Origin: Phoronis australis
Taxonomy: Eukaryota; Animalia; Phoronida
Assembly (NCBI GenBank): GCA_002633005.1
Contig: NMRA01000018.1
Coordinates: forward strand, 1,766,427-1,830,426
Direction of reading: 5' to 3'
Length of the DNA stretch: 64,000 nucleotides
Positions within the stretch are counted from its first letter, which is position 1. Every line of letters starts with the position of its first letter. This document shows positions 1 through 12,537 of the stretch, piece after piece. A model generated the notes under the pieces. That model was not told where the DNA came from and did no database searches. It worked only from the letters and a program-made list of their open reading frames with translations. The position numbers and the translations under genes were made by a program.

Positions 1-199
1 TGAAATCAGGTAGAACTAAAAATTTGGATTAGTTTTGTATGAGATATTCTGCCCCCTTTCGGCATATCCAGTCCCGTGGAACATCGGCACAAGGCAATGC
101 GCGTTTATTTACAAAGTCACAGCATGATCATGAAGTTGGGTGTATGTATACAATGCAGTACACTGACTATTAACCTTGCAAACCCAATTACTTTGAATT

Positions 200-1020
200 T
201 TTAAATATTATTTTCCATAATGATTAAGTTAATATTTGATAAAACATAAAATAGAAATTCAGCGAAGCAGATGTTACTCATGCACTAATTTCTAAAAGTA
301 TCAATAAAAACGTTTGTTAACATACCGTATTGTGATCAAAATATCAATATTGAATGGGATCAGTCATTGAGTACAAGTGTGCATCCCTAAATATTTAGAT
401 TTAATAATATGAATAATTATCAGTCGCACTATTTCACCCAGCATACTTGTTTGTCCTTTAACACAACCCAACACGTAGTACACAAGGCTGCCAGTAGGTG
501 ACGCCCCACCTGTATGGGTCACCAACACATCATTTACACGATACCTCTTTACCCATAAAAGAACATTTACAAATATCACTTTATGCAAAATAGGGGTGGT
601 TCATACTGATAAGTGCCCCTATTGTGATGAGTATCAGACTCTATTTCATATGCCATTGTTTTATTATTGCACATGTGTCAGGACATTCTGGGAATCAGTG
701 GAAACACTCTTAAATAAAGCCCTAAATACCCAATACATGTTTACGATGTGGGACACATTAGATTCTATTAAAAACCATAATACAAACCACAAATTAATTT
801 GCAATACCATTAATACACTTGCGCTTTACTTCATCTATCAGTCATCAAAGGTAGAAAAGCCTCTCCTTTTTAACGATTTCAAGTTGAAATTACAAACTTT
901 TATAAACACAATTTTAACAGATACCTCAGACACAAATGTGGATAAATGGAGAGGTCTGCACGCATGCTTTTAATTAGTATTCTAGAAATGATCAAAGTTG
1001 TACTGTTATTTATGTTTGTA
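200..1020 (+). mobile_element. Degenerate L1/Tx1-type LINE ORF2 3' fragment (zf-RVT-like zinc knuckle)
   Basis: ORF 596-973 has CPYC..QTLFH..F..C..V..FW and terminal KW; upstream part interrupted by stops. Confidence 0.7.
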
Positions 1021-1048
1021 CAGAACCTAATTTCTTCAGACATCATTN

Positions 1049-1298
1049 GACTTTTGAAGATACAAAGGTAAGCGTAAAAAACTAAAATTGCCACTAGGGG
1101 GCACACCGGTAGTCGGATCTGTCCGAAAGTTCGCACATGCCGTCCCATTCATGAATGGAACATATGTGCCAAATTTCATGAACGTATGTCAAAGGGTTTT
1201 GGAGATAGAGCAGCGGACGCCGGACGGACGCCGCCCGGACGGACAGACAGAGATGACGGCATAATGCGTCCACATATAAATATGTGGGCGCATAAAAA
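1049..1298 (+). mobile_element. Helentron/DINE-like non-autonomous element, end bearing the hairpin (young copy)
   Basis: Near-identical to ~10247-10509; GGAC microsatellite then hairpin ATGCGTCCACATAT-AA-ATATGTGGGCGCAT followed by A run; truncated by the N at 1048. Confidence 0.8.
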
Positions 1299-1699
1299 AA
1301 AGTTTACATGGCATGCATTACCCTGGCCAAGTACACATTACACACGGTGAATGGAATATGAGCCGACAGAAGCATTCAAACCTTCATTACGTGATCAAGC
1401 TTTGTTACAATAGCTACCAACAGACAATTTACAAAAATTGTGGACATTCACAGCAATGCTAGAAGCCCTCGAAAAAAACAAACAGAGCAATTTTGGTCAG
1501 AAATTGATGAGATTTTACCAAAAGGAACGAGATGGGACCAGATCCTAATGGTCAGAGCCTTCAATCAAAAGTTAGGTTAATTGTGACAGAAGGCATGTGT
1601 GTAGCTGCTTTGAAGTATAAGTTGCAGGCTAATTCCTTATCTCTGTGATTTCTTGACCAAATTAAAAACACAACATATAGCAACGATGTGTACATGAAG

Positions 1700-2040
1700 T
1701 AGGATGAAAATTGCCAAATGTTTTTAAAAACGAGTTCCTGGCGAAAATGATCCGCCACAAATCACTCAACCATGTCCAGTAAGTATCGTGGCATGGCGTT
1801 GGGGAATAACACCGCATAATGCTAGCTACGTAAGCCCCCAGGGTACGTCATAATTGCAAAGGTTACTTATTTGCAGAATTTTTTGTTTTCATAAAATTAT
1901 TTACAAGCTGCCATTGAATACAAATAATACACATTGTTTAACATAGTATTACTTAGATAAATGTTCATTCCAAAAAGGATTGTCGTTTAGTTCTTGCAAT
2001 AAACTGCCAAAGTTAGGAGCATGCAAATTCTCTTTAAAAG
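1700..2040 (+). repeat. Interspersed repeat shared with ~37990-38310
   Basis: Both contain TCCAGT.AGTAT.GTG.CATGGCGTT.GGGAATAAC and end AGTTAGGAGCATGCAAAT...TCTTTAA. Confidence 0.65.
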
Positions 2041-2117
2041 AAATTGAATAAAAACAACTGTTAGGTTCAAACTGACAAAATAAAAGTGTGCTATAACTGA
2101 TACGTGTTTCTACTTAC

Positions 2118-2184
2118 ATTTGTTAGGAACACAAAATGTTTTGTCAATAGGCTTTGGCCATCCGTTGCCAGCCACAAGTTCAAC
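2118..2184 (-). CDS. ILEI domain 2, exon f (VELVAGNGWPKPIDKTFCVPNK); gene probably continues left of the window
   Basis: GWP......C.P domain-end motif; TTTCAG acceptor, GTAAGT donor; 67 nt, phase 0/1; no stop. Confidence 0.88.
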
Positions 2185-2835
2185 CTGAAAGTGATGATGT
2201 GTTAATCAGACAGCAATGAACCTTGAAGAAAATCATTCAAAACGTGCTGCCAATAAATTTAGGTCATGAACTTTTTAAATAATGAATTTATACAAGTTTG
2301 ACACAGCAAAGCAGCAGTTATTGTGATTATAATTATTTACGTAATTTTTCTATTCAACTACTGAGGAGATTGAACCTGTGCTAATCAACAGTTATTGACA
2401 ACTTTGATGAAAAAGACATGTCAATCAAGCACTAAAACATTATGTACAAAATACTAGCTTCGCACAAATTTTAGTTAAAGACCACACTACACACCTTCAA
2501 ATAAAATTCAAGATGTTCACATTCATACAACCAAGACCAGTTCACAACACACTACTCACAACTTTAAAAGCACCCAGGCACAAACTAAGTAAAATGAACA
2601 CGCTTCCAGTGTCGTGAATGGATCACCTCAAATGCCATTAGCTTGTCTGTGTCATTAATTGGCACTGACATTTCACAGCAAAGGGCATTCAACAGTGTCC
2701 AAGACAACTGACCGTGCTCCCAAATGAGCTGACAAATACTTTTCAATGGCGAGAGCGTTTTTTGTTGGCGTAAAAGCCAAAGCCAATGCGACCTTTGACC
2801 TCATAAACTACTACCAACTACAGTAATGTTACAAT

Positions 2836-3320
2836 TTAAGGCTATGTGGGACCCCAGAAAAATTCCAAACTTTTAAACTTATCTCAGAAATGTCCGAGCA
2901 GATTCACACAAAACTTCTGTATGCTATGCCTAATGCAATGCTCATCAAAATGCTGTTAGAAATAACATTGTTTTTAAATGTTCAACTTTTGCAGAGGGGC
3001 CATCAAATATAGGACTTTTTGGCTTTTAAGAAAAACTCAAACGTTGCATTGAATGAACACGAAATGAAGTTTTAGATGACTGTACAGCGTTTCTAAGATT
3101 TCATTCAGAACATAAAATTATTATATAAAATTAATCAAAACTTAAAGAAATTAGACATTTCATTGTTTTGCTATGACTATAGCTCATTTTCTTTAATGAC
3201 AAATTTGTGGTGAAGAAGTTAAAAATCAATGACAAAAGGCTTTCTTTATACTTATACAGAGTTAATTTGTAGATATTTCGTTCAGTGCAGACTTGCCAAT
3301 AAGGTCCCACACGACCTTCA
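2836..3320. mobile_element. MITE with TTAAGG-type ends (Kolobok-like)
   Basis: TTAAGGCTATGTGGGACC ... GGTCCCACACGACCTT inverted ends; related ends at ~23160 and ~6320. Confidence 0.5.
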
Positions 3321-4885
3321 CCTCAAACAACAACTGATGAGTCATAACTAGCTAGCACAATTCACCATTTACAAGAGTTGGCAAAATCAGCAAACCAATT
3401 CTCGTCTTCCGCATTCATCGCTCTCTCTCTCTCATATCGTGTGGTATGAAATGGAGGCGCACATCCAGGCAGGTCAGCAGCCTCACTTTCGCTCCTGGAG
3501 ATTCACATGTTAGCACGTTTTCTGAATACTTTAATATATTCTATATCATGTTTAAGTCATACTGGGGAATTATTACTGCTGTGTCATGGGCTGCAGAGCC
3601 GATTCAAGGAAGTGGGACAAGCTGGATAAATATCCATGCATGTAGAATGTCACATTTCACCCCTTCCCGACGGTTCTGAAGGACAAGAGACGGCACAGCT
3701 CCACCACTGTACAATCAATATAATCTTACGTCACGGCCGAGGAGAGCGGGAGTGCGGAATACGGGAATTGCAAAGCTTTGGGTAGTCCAGCATCTTACCC
3801 AAACCTAGTAAAAAGCTACAAAAACTGAAAATGAACAACACCGATCAAAAACATGCCTTCACATTGGTAGAAGATCTTCAAAACCACGTAACCATGAATG
3901 AATGTACCGCAGGTCAGTAGAAAGTGTCTACTGTACTCGTTCGGCTTAACAACAAGGGCAGTCAAATTGGGGAGTCTAAAAAATCAGCAGACGGGTGTGG
4001 ACGTTTAAACACGATAGATTTGGAAAACCAAGGATGGACGAAAGGTTGATTCACTCACATAAACCCCGTCACCATTTTTGCATGATAATAACAAAATGCC
4101 ATGAACAAAAGAACACTAGAATTTCATGCTCCCTTTAGTAAATACCGTTAATACTCAGAGGTAAAGTTACCTTTTATGCACATTTAGAGAGCACTGATTA
4201 TCGTACGGCAAATATTCTTAAGGACAGTGGCAATTTAAGGAAGTGTTAACTGTATAAATTGGGGCTGGGCATTAGAACGAGCATGGCAAGATTAAGGAAT
4301 TTTGGGGTTGTCATTATGCCAAACATGAGAGTTAACCCAAACGAGTACAGTGTAGCTATGCCACAAGCATAAATGTCGTAACAACAAAGGAGCATCCCGA
4401 CACACACGCAGGGATTCACAGAAGCGCTGTACTGCGAAGGCACCAACAATGTAAAAATATGGTAATTGTCCACTAACTTCACACAAAACAATTATTGTCA
4501 AAATAGTTATTTTTTTCATTTTTCTAGAAACTTTACCAAATATTGTTTTAATGACATCCACATAATATAACCTACGTTAGTGAGAGACAACAATTTTCTT
4601 AATTTTTATTTTTTTGCCAAAATTCAACAAAATAGAATTTCACGTGTCGCCCATATCGCGTGTGCTAAATAAAATTAATGTAGAATTACCACACAGTTCA
4701 AACATGCCAGTCAAGGTGCACGTGTGCAAGGCAATGCACCACGCAGACCACAGTGCCGACAATACCCAGAGAATGATTCTACGAAGCAGGCAGATAAAGG
4801 TGAACCAGGGGAGGTCATAGGTTTGCAGACACCATGCTCAAGGGCTTACAATATACCGGGGAGGAGTATAGCATGCCTGAAATAC

Positions 4886-5012
4886 CTGCTCTATGTCACT
4901 GAAGCCCTTGATTCCTTTTTGCCCGACAAAAACCAAGAGGTCGCGAAATTTGTAGTTTTGTATATGGTAACTTCCCAGTTCCATGAACAGAGCCCGAGAA
5001 TGAGACGATAGT
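4886..5012 (-). CDS. ILEI domain 2, exon e variant B (LSSHSRALFMELGSYHIQNYKFRDLLVFVGQKGIKGFSDIEQ), candidate mutually exclusive exon
   Basis: CAACAG acceptor, CAG|GTATTT donor; 127 nt, open, phase 2/0; LGS..I....FRD...FVGQKG motif. Confidence 0.88.
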
Positions 5013-6032
5013 CTGTTGCAAACATTAAAAAATGCAGGGCTTAACATGAGTGGATAATGGAGAGCATACAGGGTACTAGCAATTATCATGCAACGTATAA
5101 AACTGAATAACAGTTTGAAAACCCCTTAGATCAACTTAAGGTGACAGAGGACGGACGGTCTCCCAGAAATGATCATTACGGAACAAAACCAAAACCAACA
5201 TTTGTACCGTCTTTGTAGTCTCATTTCAACTGCTGCATCAAGACCTCCTCATTTGTTTTCAATATATAAACTACTGCCTCGTTTCTAAAATCATGTTAAC
5301 CTGTAAACAACGAAGATTAAACTGACATATCATGAAAACATGTTCACTAGTCTCCGTTAATGACTGACATTTGTAAACTTTTTTGAGTCCAATCAAATTT
5401 CAGGACAATGTCAAAGGAGACCCAGGCTCAACATTGAGATATATCTCATAACACATGTCGACGAATGGAAACCAAGTCTGGCTTGATAACAAGTTCAGCT
5501 TAAGTAATGGATCATACTGGACTTCAGACAGTAGACATTTTCACGCAGAAATATTTTTTATGAGGTCATCACTAAGAAGCTGCAAAGATAAACGTGCCAG
5601 TGATTACATGACTCTCATACATCAGCGCCATCTGATGTGAAGGTAAGGACTGAAAACAAAGTAAAAACAACAAGTCAGAAAAAAATCAAATTATCTCCTC
5701 GGGTTTGTCATCTGTGACGAGGTTCTCTGAAAAACACTGCATACATGAAGCATCCAATCACATTCAAGCACAACTATGATGCGACGGTCCACTCATGAAC
5801 ATCAGAAACAAGAATATAGGGCTCTACTTCTCACTAGCACTCATGCACTGCTATGTCTAATTATGGTAAAGTCAGATAACACTGCATGCACTTTCATGCC
5901 ATTCAAACTTCTACACCCCGCGCATGTACCCAGACACAAGGGCGGAAACAGCCTAATTTTCGTAAACTTCACACGTTAGTCCACTTAGGATGTTTCACAG
6001 CCTGAAACTTTAGCTTGTCTATGTATAAGAAC

Positions 6033-6159
6033 CTGTTCTAAGGTTGTAGATCCCCTGATGCCTTTCTGTCCAATAAAGAACAAGCTCTCGCGAATGCCTA
6101 ACTTGGACACAAGAGACGAGCCGAGGTCGGTCATAATTTTTCGGCCGAGAGGATGGAGG
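6033..6159 (-). CDS. ILEI domain 2, exon e variant A (LHPLGRKIMTDLGSSLVSKLGIRESLFFIGQKGIRGSTTLEQ), candidate mutually exclusive exon
   Basis: TTCCAG acceptor, CAG|GTTCTT donor (weak); 127 nt, open, phase 2/0; homologous to 4886-5012. Confidence 0.8.
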
Positions 6160-6861
6160 CTGGAATCAAGAATTCAGTACAAAAACGTGAGGCTAATAAA
6201 CGGCAGAATCGATACTCACTAGGTGGGGCTAGTGTAGACAGGGAGCCTTACTTTTATCAGCTTTACAGATTGCAAACATAAAATTTTTAACAACTATGAG
6301 AGCGGTCGAGTGATAAGGGTCCCATGTGACCCTTGAATGATTTCTGAAGGAGTGACCATTTGTTTACTAGCGCCACATAGTGAATGTCGAGTTCTTCATT
6401 ATCAGGTGGTGAGGGACAAAGAAATTAGGTCTCTGCAAAGTTGCCAAGCAGCATTTTTGAAAAACATTAAAAAACTCATGCACAATGATAAGTCAGCTCA
6501 GCAATATTTCCCTAAGAATCAAAAATAATTTCATGCAAAAGCGATCATGAAGAGACAGGTCAAAGGAGGCAAACTAACAGGGTCCTCTTCAGTAGCTTTG
6601 CAACCTTCTGAGATAACTCGGAATCAATTACAGCTTTCCTGCCTCCTGCTAACACAACAGAGGGAGCTGTTACTTAAGTCAAGCTGGACATTTCACAATA
6701 TAATCACTCAGTGAGCTTCAAACAAAATATGGACAGGTGTGTAAAGTATGCAACGAAAAAGTAAAAAACGAGAGCAATTACTTACTAAAGGACTACAAGA
6801 ACGTTTCAAACATGCAGCTCAGGCCTTTGACCACAGATGCTGTTGATGGGAGGAAGTTGTA

Positions 6862-6945
6862 GACCCTGGACAGGGTTAAGTGGAGGGAGACCCTGGTCAG
6901 GGTTAAGTGGGGGGAGACCCTGGTCAGGGTTAAGTGGAGGGGGGG
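6862..6945. repeat. 27-bp tandem repeat x3
   Basis: GACCCTGGTCAGGGTTAAGTGGAGGGA units. Confidence 0.9.
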
Positions 6946-7449
6946 TTTGCACTGTTTAAGGTGTTCAACAATGGTGGGAAGATCAGTCGTGTGATCAGTC
7001 ATGTGTTCGAAGGCTTGAGCTTCAGGCATGAAATGTTATACTTACCCAACTTATAGTCTTCTAGTAAGTAACTTCTCTCGTTTTTACTATCATCACAGAA
7101 GACAACGATGAATTATGAAGACTTGTAACACTAACGTGTTACTTGTAACGTACTGCATGTACGCACGTATGTATGTAATACACTATTCTATGTATCCCAC
7201 AATTCATTGGGCAGGTGACGTCTTGTTATTCTAACTTGAATTATTTATCATTTAAACATTATGTCAACTGTTCAGAAATCAAGATGTGAGTTCTACAAAA
7301 CCCCACAAATTCATCAGATATGCTTGGTCAGCAACAGAGAGGACCTTTGCTCAAGTTGCCATCAAACTTGGGATTGGATATTGCAATAGATTCACAGTTT
7401 GGCAGAAGATCTTCACTCAACAACAGGTGTAGCAGAAGGGGGGTTTGGT

Positions 7450-8711
7450 ATCATAACAACGGCCATTAGATGGCGCAGAATGTGTCAAACCCATCTGAAT
7501 TGAAAAGGTGGTACTGTCTCTGTAGTACTGACAACTATTTGCCAAATTTCATGAAAAATAAGCCAAGGAAATAAGATAGACAGGCAAACGTAAAAAAATA
7601 TCCAATTGGTTGAAAACTAGCTGTTATCTGTTGTCATCTCTACAGGAGCCCATCTGCCAAATTTCACAAAGATCCTTCAAAATGTTAGGAGATACAGCCA
7701 CAGATGCAAAAAAGCAAAATTGCACCAACAGGGCGCCAGCATAGTCCAAAACATCAAAAAATCAAAGTCAGCCGGAGTTTTCACATCAGGAATACAACTA
7801 ACCATAAGTTTTCATAATGACCCTTTGAGTGGTTTAACATATTGAGAGACAGACGTCAAAAACCTACACAAACATTTTTAAATGACCACCAAGTGGCACA
7901 GAAAATGTCAAGTTCGTACGAAAATGGGAAGGTGTTGTTGTCTCCTTGATAGAAACCTATCTGCTGAATTTCTTGTAAATAGTACATTCATGAACGCTGA
8001 AGGTAAACAAGGTAAACAACTTTGTTACTAGGGGGCACAGGTATTTGGATTAGTTCGACGCTTGTTGCGACTTATCGTCGGCTCAAATTTCACAAAGTTC
8101 CTTCAAAGGGTTAAGGATATTCCGTTGCAAATGCAAAAAAAAACAAAATAGCCACTAGGGAGTGTCACAATTGTTGGACCCATCCAGAAGTAAGCGTCAG
8201 TCGACGTCTTCTCATCTGGAACACATCTGCAAATTTTCATAATGATCCGTTAAGCGCTATGGCAGATAGAAAGGCAGACACCAGAAAACGGACCGAAAAA
8301 TAGCAAAAATGGCCACCAAGTGGCGCAGAAAACGTCAAATCTGTCCAAAAATGGAAAGTCGTTGTCATCTCCTTAATAAAAACCTATTTGTCTAATTTCA
8401 TTAAAATACATTCAAACTCTGAAGATAAAAAGAATCCTTCCGAAAATGAAATGGCAATGTCACCTTCTTCTTAAAAACCTATTTGATGAATTTTACGAAA
8501 ATACATCAAGAAACTCCAAAGATACAGAAGCAAATGTAAAAAGTGAAATCGCCACTAGGGTGCACAGCGGTTTCCGATCGGTCCAAAACTTGTGCCAAAT
8601 ATCATCATATAAGCCTGCAAGGGGTTTAGGAGATACACCCGTGAACGCCGGATGCCCAGACAGAAATGACGGCAATATGCACCCACACATAAAGATGTGG
8701 GCACATAAAAA
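7450..8711 (+). mobile_element. Older, diverged copy of the same element
   Basis: Repeated GCCACTAGG/AAATTTCA modules; ends GACGGCAATATGCACCCACACATAAAGATGTGGGCACATAAAAA. Confidence 0.7.
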
Positions 8712-8789
8712 CATTACCACAGTTTTTGTCGTATCAATGACATGCTGTAGCAACGTGACGCACATCTCAGCGATCAAACGTCTACTTAC

Positions 8790-8874
8790 TTCATGGACGC
8801 ATCATCGTGTGTGACCACAACGACAATTTCACCCTCCTTCACGGTCTCTAGGAAGATCTCCAGACCACTGCTAT
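8790..8874 (-). CDS. ILEI domain 2, exon d (SSGLEIFLETVKEGEIVVVVTHDDASM)
   Basis: L..FL.....G.IV....DDAS motif; TTCCAG acceptor, GTAAGT donor; 85 nt, phase 1/2. Confidence 0.9.
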
Positions 8875-9096
8875 CTGGAATGGGCATGGACAGGGTAGTG
8901 AAACAACTCAACAGCTGCACTCAATTAGTACAGTAATACAGTAGGCCTGGACAAAAGAGAATGTGAAGACATGCAAATTTGGGAATTTTGACCCATATCA
9001 AAGACCATTATTAATTTCGGTTTAAATTGAATTATAGCCAAATTGGCCCAGCAAGGTTAAAGCATATTTCATTTACTTTTCACCACCGCTATATCG

Positions 9097-10509
9097 AACA
9101 AGAGCAACGCGGAGCGTTGAAATGCGCCCACAATTGCACCGCATACGGTATCCTTCTAGGGTTGTTTATTGGTACCATAAAGTGGCCAGTAGAGGGCATA
9201 CTTTGCAAAATGGAAAGGCATGGTCATTGTCTCCTCAATAGGCTAGGGGCAAAATGTGAGTAATCTTCATAATACAAGCACATCCTATACACCAGTTGCT
9301 TAAAGCACNNNNNNNNNNNNNNNNNNNNNNNNNNNNNNNNNNNNNNNNNNNNNNNNNNNNNNNNNNNNNNNNNNNNNNNNNNNNNNNNNNNNNNNNNNNN
9401 NNNNNNNNNNNNNNNNNNNNNNNNNNNNNNNNNNNNNNNNNNNNNNNNNNNNNNNNNNNNNNNNNNNNNNNNNNNNNNNNNNNNNNNNNNNNNNNNNNNN
9501 NNNNNNNNNNNNNNNNNNNNNNNNNNNNNNNNNNNNNNNNNNNNNNNNNNNNNNNNNNNNNNNNNNNNNNNNNNNNNNNNNNNNNNNNNNNNNNNNNNNN
9601 NNNNNNNNNNNNNNNNNNNNNNNNNNNNNNNNNNNNNNNNNNNNNNNNNNNNNNNNNNNNNNNNNNNNNNNNNNNNNNNNNNNNNNNNNNNNNNNNNNNN
9701 NNNNNNNNNNNNNNNNNNNNNNNNNNNNNNNNNNNNNNNNNNNNNNNNNNNNNNNNNNNNNNNNNNNNNNNNNNNNNNNNNNNNNNNNNNNNNNNNNNNN
9801 NNNNNNNNNNNNNNNNNNNNNNNNNNNNNNNNNNNNNNNNNNNNNNNNNNNNNNNNNNNNNNNNNNNNNNNNNNNNNNNNNNNNNNNNNNNNNNNNNNNN
9901 NNNNNNNNNNNNNNNNNNNNNNNNNNNNNNNNNNNNNNNNNNNNNNNNNNNNNNNNNNNNNNNNNNNNNNNNNNNNNNNNNNNNNNNNNNNNNNNNNNNN
10001 NNNNNNNNNNNNNNNNNNNNNNNNNNNNNNNNNTCCTCTACATAGTAAGCACATACATGCCAATTTTCACAATCATCCTTTGAGCGGTTTGGTTGATAGA
10101 GGGGTGGAAGCACAAAAACAGACTCGAAAACAGTAAAAATGGCCACTAGGTGGCGCAAACTATGTCGAATCCATCCGAAAACGGCAGGATAGCGTCATCT
10201 CACTACTAGGTGCCTACATACCAAATTTCATGAAAATCCGTTCAGGACTTTTGAAGATACAAAGGTAAGCGTAAAAAACTAAAATTGCCACTAGGGGGCA
10301 CACCGGTAGTCGGATCCGTCCGAAAGTTCGCACATGCCGTCCCATTCATGAATGGAACATATGTTCCAAATTTCATGAACGTATGTCAAAGGGTTTTGGA
10401 GATAGAGCAGCGGACGCCGGACGCCAGACGCCGGACGCACGCCGCCCGGACGGACGGACAGAGATGACGGCATAATGCGTCCACATATAAATATGTGGGC
10501 GCATAAAAA
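9097..10509 (+). mobile_element. Helentron/DINE-like element, probably full-length, spanning the N gap
   Basis: Starts AACAAGAGCAACGC...ATGCGCCCAC, inverted to terminal GTGGGCGCAT; internal GCCACTAGG/AAATTTCA subrepeats; microsatellite and hairpin. Confidence 0.75.
9309..10033. other. Assembly gap (725 N)
   Basis: Run of N. Confidence 1.
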
Positions 10510-11038
10510 TGGAAGAGAGATGTGAGCTGGGCACGATTGTTTGCTTCACATATTTACAAACTCACTATTAAACAACAATCTCATGAACTCGGTAATAGGT
10601 CAACAAAATGCAGCCCATATACCTGGCAAAGGTACAGAATACGGTATGATGTAAACACTTATATTTAATCTTTTATTTGCTAGTGTGACCGTCTACATCC
10701 ACATCTAAAAGCGACATCACCATGCATAAAGTATGACAATTGCGTAGATTTGTCAACATGGAGATCACAGGAATACCCGTTGCTTGAATATAATTAACTT
10801 TAAAGAAGTTGGCTGATTTACTGTCTGTCCCATTAGTGGTAATTTAAACCCAGCCAAGGAACACTTATGACTGAGCTGAACTTTAACCACTCTACGCAAA
10901 GAACTCTGAACATGTCCAATGTTTAGAGATTGGAAAGTGATCCTGTGAGAGCTAATACTCCTTTGTTGTTGATCCCATGGCCAGCAACGCATTGCTAGAA
11001 CACAGCCATGTGCCAACATAATGACAAGCCAAACTCAC

Positions 11039-11148
11039 CGATGGCATAAGTATCGAATCTGCCAGTCTTCAAAACTGCTTTCTCCATGGGGCTGTAAAGC
11101 ACAATATTGAAACCGCGGCCACCTTTGTTTACACTATCAGATACAACA
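11039..11148 (-). CDS. ILEI domain 2, exon b/c (VVSDSVNKGGRGFNIVLYSPMEKAVLKTGRFDTYAI)
   Basis: GRG.N and FDTY motifs; 110 nt, phase 2/1; TTTCAG acceptor, GTGAGT donor. Confidence 0.93.
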
Positions 11149-11331
11149 CTGAAATGGAAAAATGTGTAGAATGCAACCACAGGTTACTGCACACATTCCA
11201 TACACTGATATCCAACGACTAACTTACATTATGTAACCACAACAATACTAAAAGCAAACGTTAACTTTTTCCACTTATAGACACACTGGCGTAAATACAC
11301 AATGTATACAGTATAAATGAAAGATACTCAC

Positions 11332-11512
11332 TAGTTACTGTCGACACATATGGAGGGTCCAATTTTATTGGGCATGCCCGAATAAACATGGACAGCGAAA
11401 TGGTCAAGCGGACAAGCATCCTTCATACCACAGTTCTCAACACGACTTCCCTTCAACTGGGCTCCCATGGCAACTTGATCGCGCTCAACATCGATTTTAG
11501 TGATCTCGCCCA
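11332..11512 (-). CDS. Linker plus ILEI domain 2, exon a (GEITKIDVERD...ENCGMKDACPLDHFAVHVYSGMPNKIGPSICVDSN)
   Basis: CG....CP..HF....SG.....GP.IC motif; 181 nt, phase 1/2. Confidence 0.92.
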
Positions 11513-12467
11513 CTGAAGATGGAAGAATAGCATGGGGTGACTGGGGCAAATCCAAAATGGCTGCAGGTCACATGGAACTAATGCCATCTGGTGGCGAAAG
11601 TAAAATAACAGCAAAGTACTTCTGAGCTTAATAACTTTCTTTAACAGCCGCATTTAACAGGCGAATAACACACCTACAAGCAGACCTAAATTGTCTAATC
11701 GGTTTCTTTCCATAAGACCAATTTTCTGGTCTAAAACAACAACAGATGTTGCTCATTACCTCTGGCAAATGAAAACAACATACCTCTGGAACATGACTAC
11801 AAATTTTGAGTATTACCTTCATCCGCGACTACAACTCATGTTAAACTTGAGTTGAATCCAGTGAGACTGAATGAGTACATAAGTCCCGAGTCTGTTGGAT
11901 TACAATTTCGCAGACTGGTTCTAGTACCCAGATCTAATCTTTGTATTCGAAATCGAAATTATGTTCGGCATTTTCCACTTTACTTCAGAGTTAAGTCAAG
12001 ATAAGTGTCTATTGTTTTGTGCTTGAGTGCATTGTGGTCTATACATACGAGTTTAGGTCAAGTTTGTACTTGATGACCGCTAGATTCAAGCTACCAACTC
12101 AAGAAAATAATTGAGATTTTGAGAAAAAATTGAAAACACGAGTTCAGACTCAAACTTTTAGCCAAGATGGTGAGGTTATCAAGAGCAAACTAGAATAAGA
12201 CAATTATTCACAGAAGACATTATGTACTGGACCATAGAATAACTGACAATTATCTAGAGCTCGCACACTTCAATGGAAAATGCAACATGAACTTCCAGTT
12301 TAAATTCGAGTAAAAAGATTAGACACCAGGTCCTGGTTTGCAAACACAATTCTGACCAGACTCGCACGTGTTTGCAACAAACATCTGCATTCAAAATGTG
12401 AGATAAATATTTGGTCTTAACAAGGCAACCGGTGATTGTGACATCCCTCCTGGCAGATCATACTCAC

Positions 12468-12537
12468 AAGGCACAGACAGACATCCCTGTATGCTGGCTC
12501 TCCCGGGAAAGGGTGAACCCTCTTGCTTGGCTGTTAT
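12468..12537 (-). CDS. ILEI domain 1, exon f (ITAKQEGSPFPGRASIQGCLSVP)
   Basis: Terminal GC..P of the domain; CTAG acceptor, GTGAGT donor; 70 nt, phase 0/1, bridging both neighbours. Confidence 0.82.

Noticed and set aside
3420-3810. Apparent mini-gene or extra exons on the minus strand (acceptor-like sites near 3805, 3676, 3495; donor near 3729)
   Set aside because: All spliced frames I tried hit stops, no recognisable motif, and the ILEI chain is complete without them.
9224-10158. Long ORFs of 249-307 aa
   Set aside because: Artefacts of the N gap.
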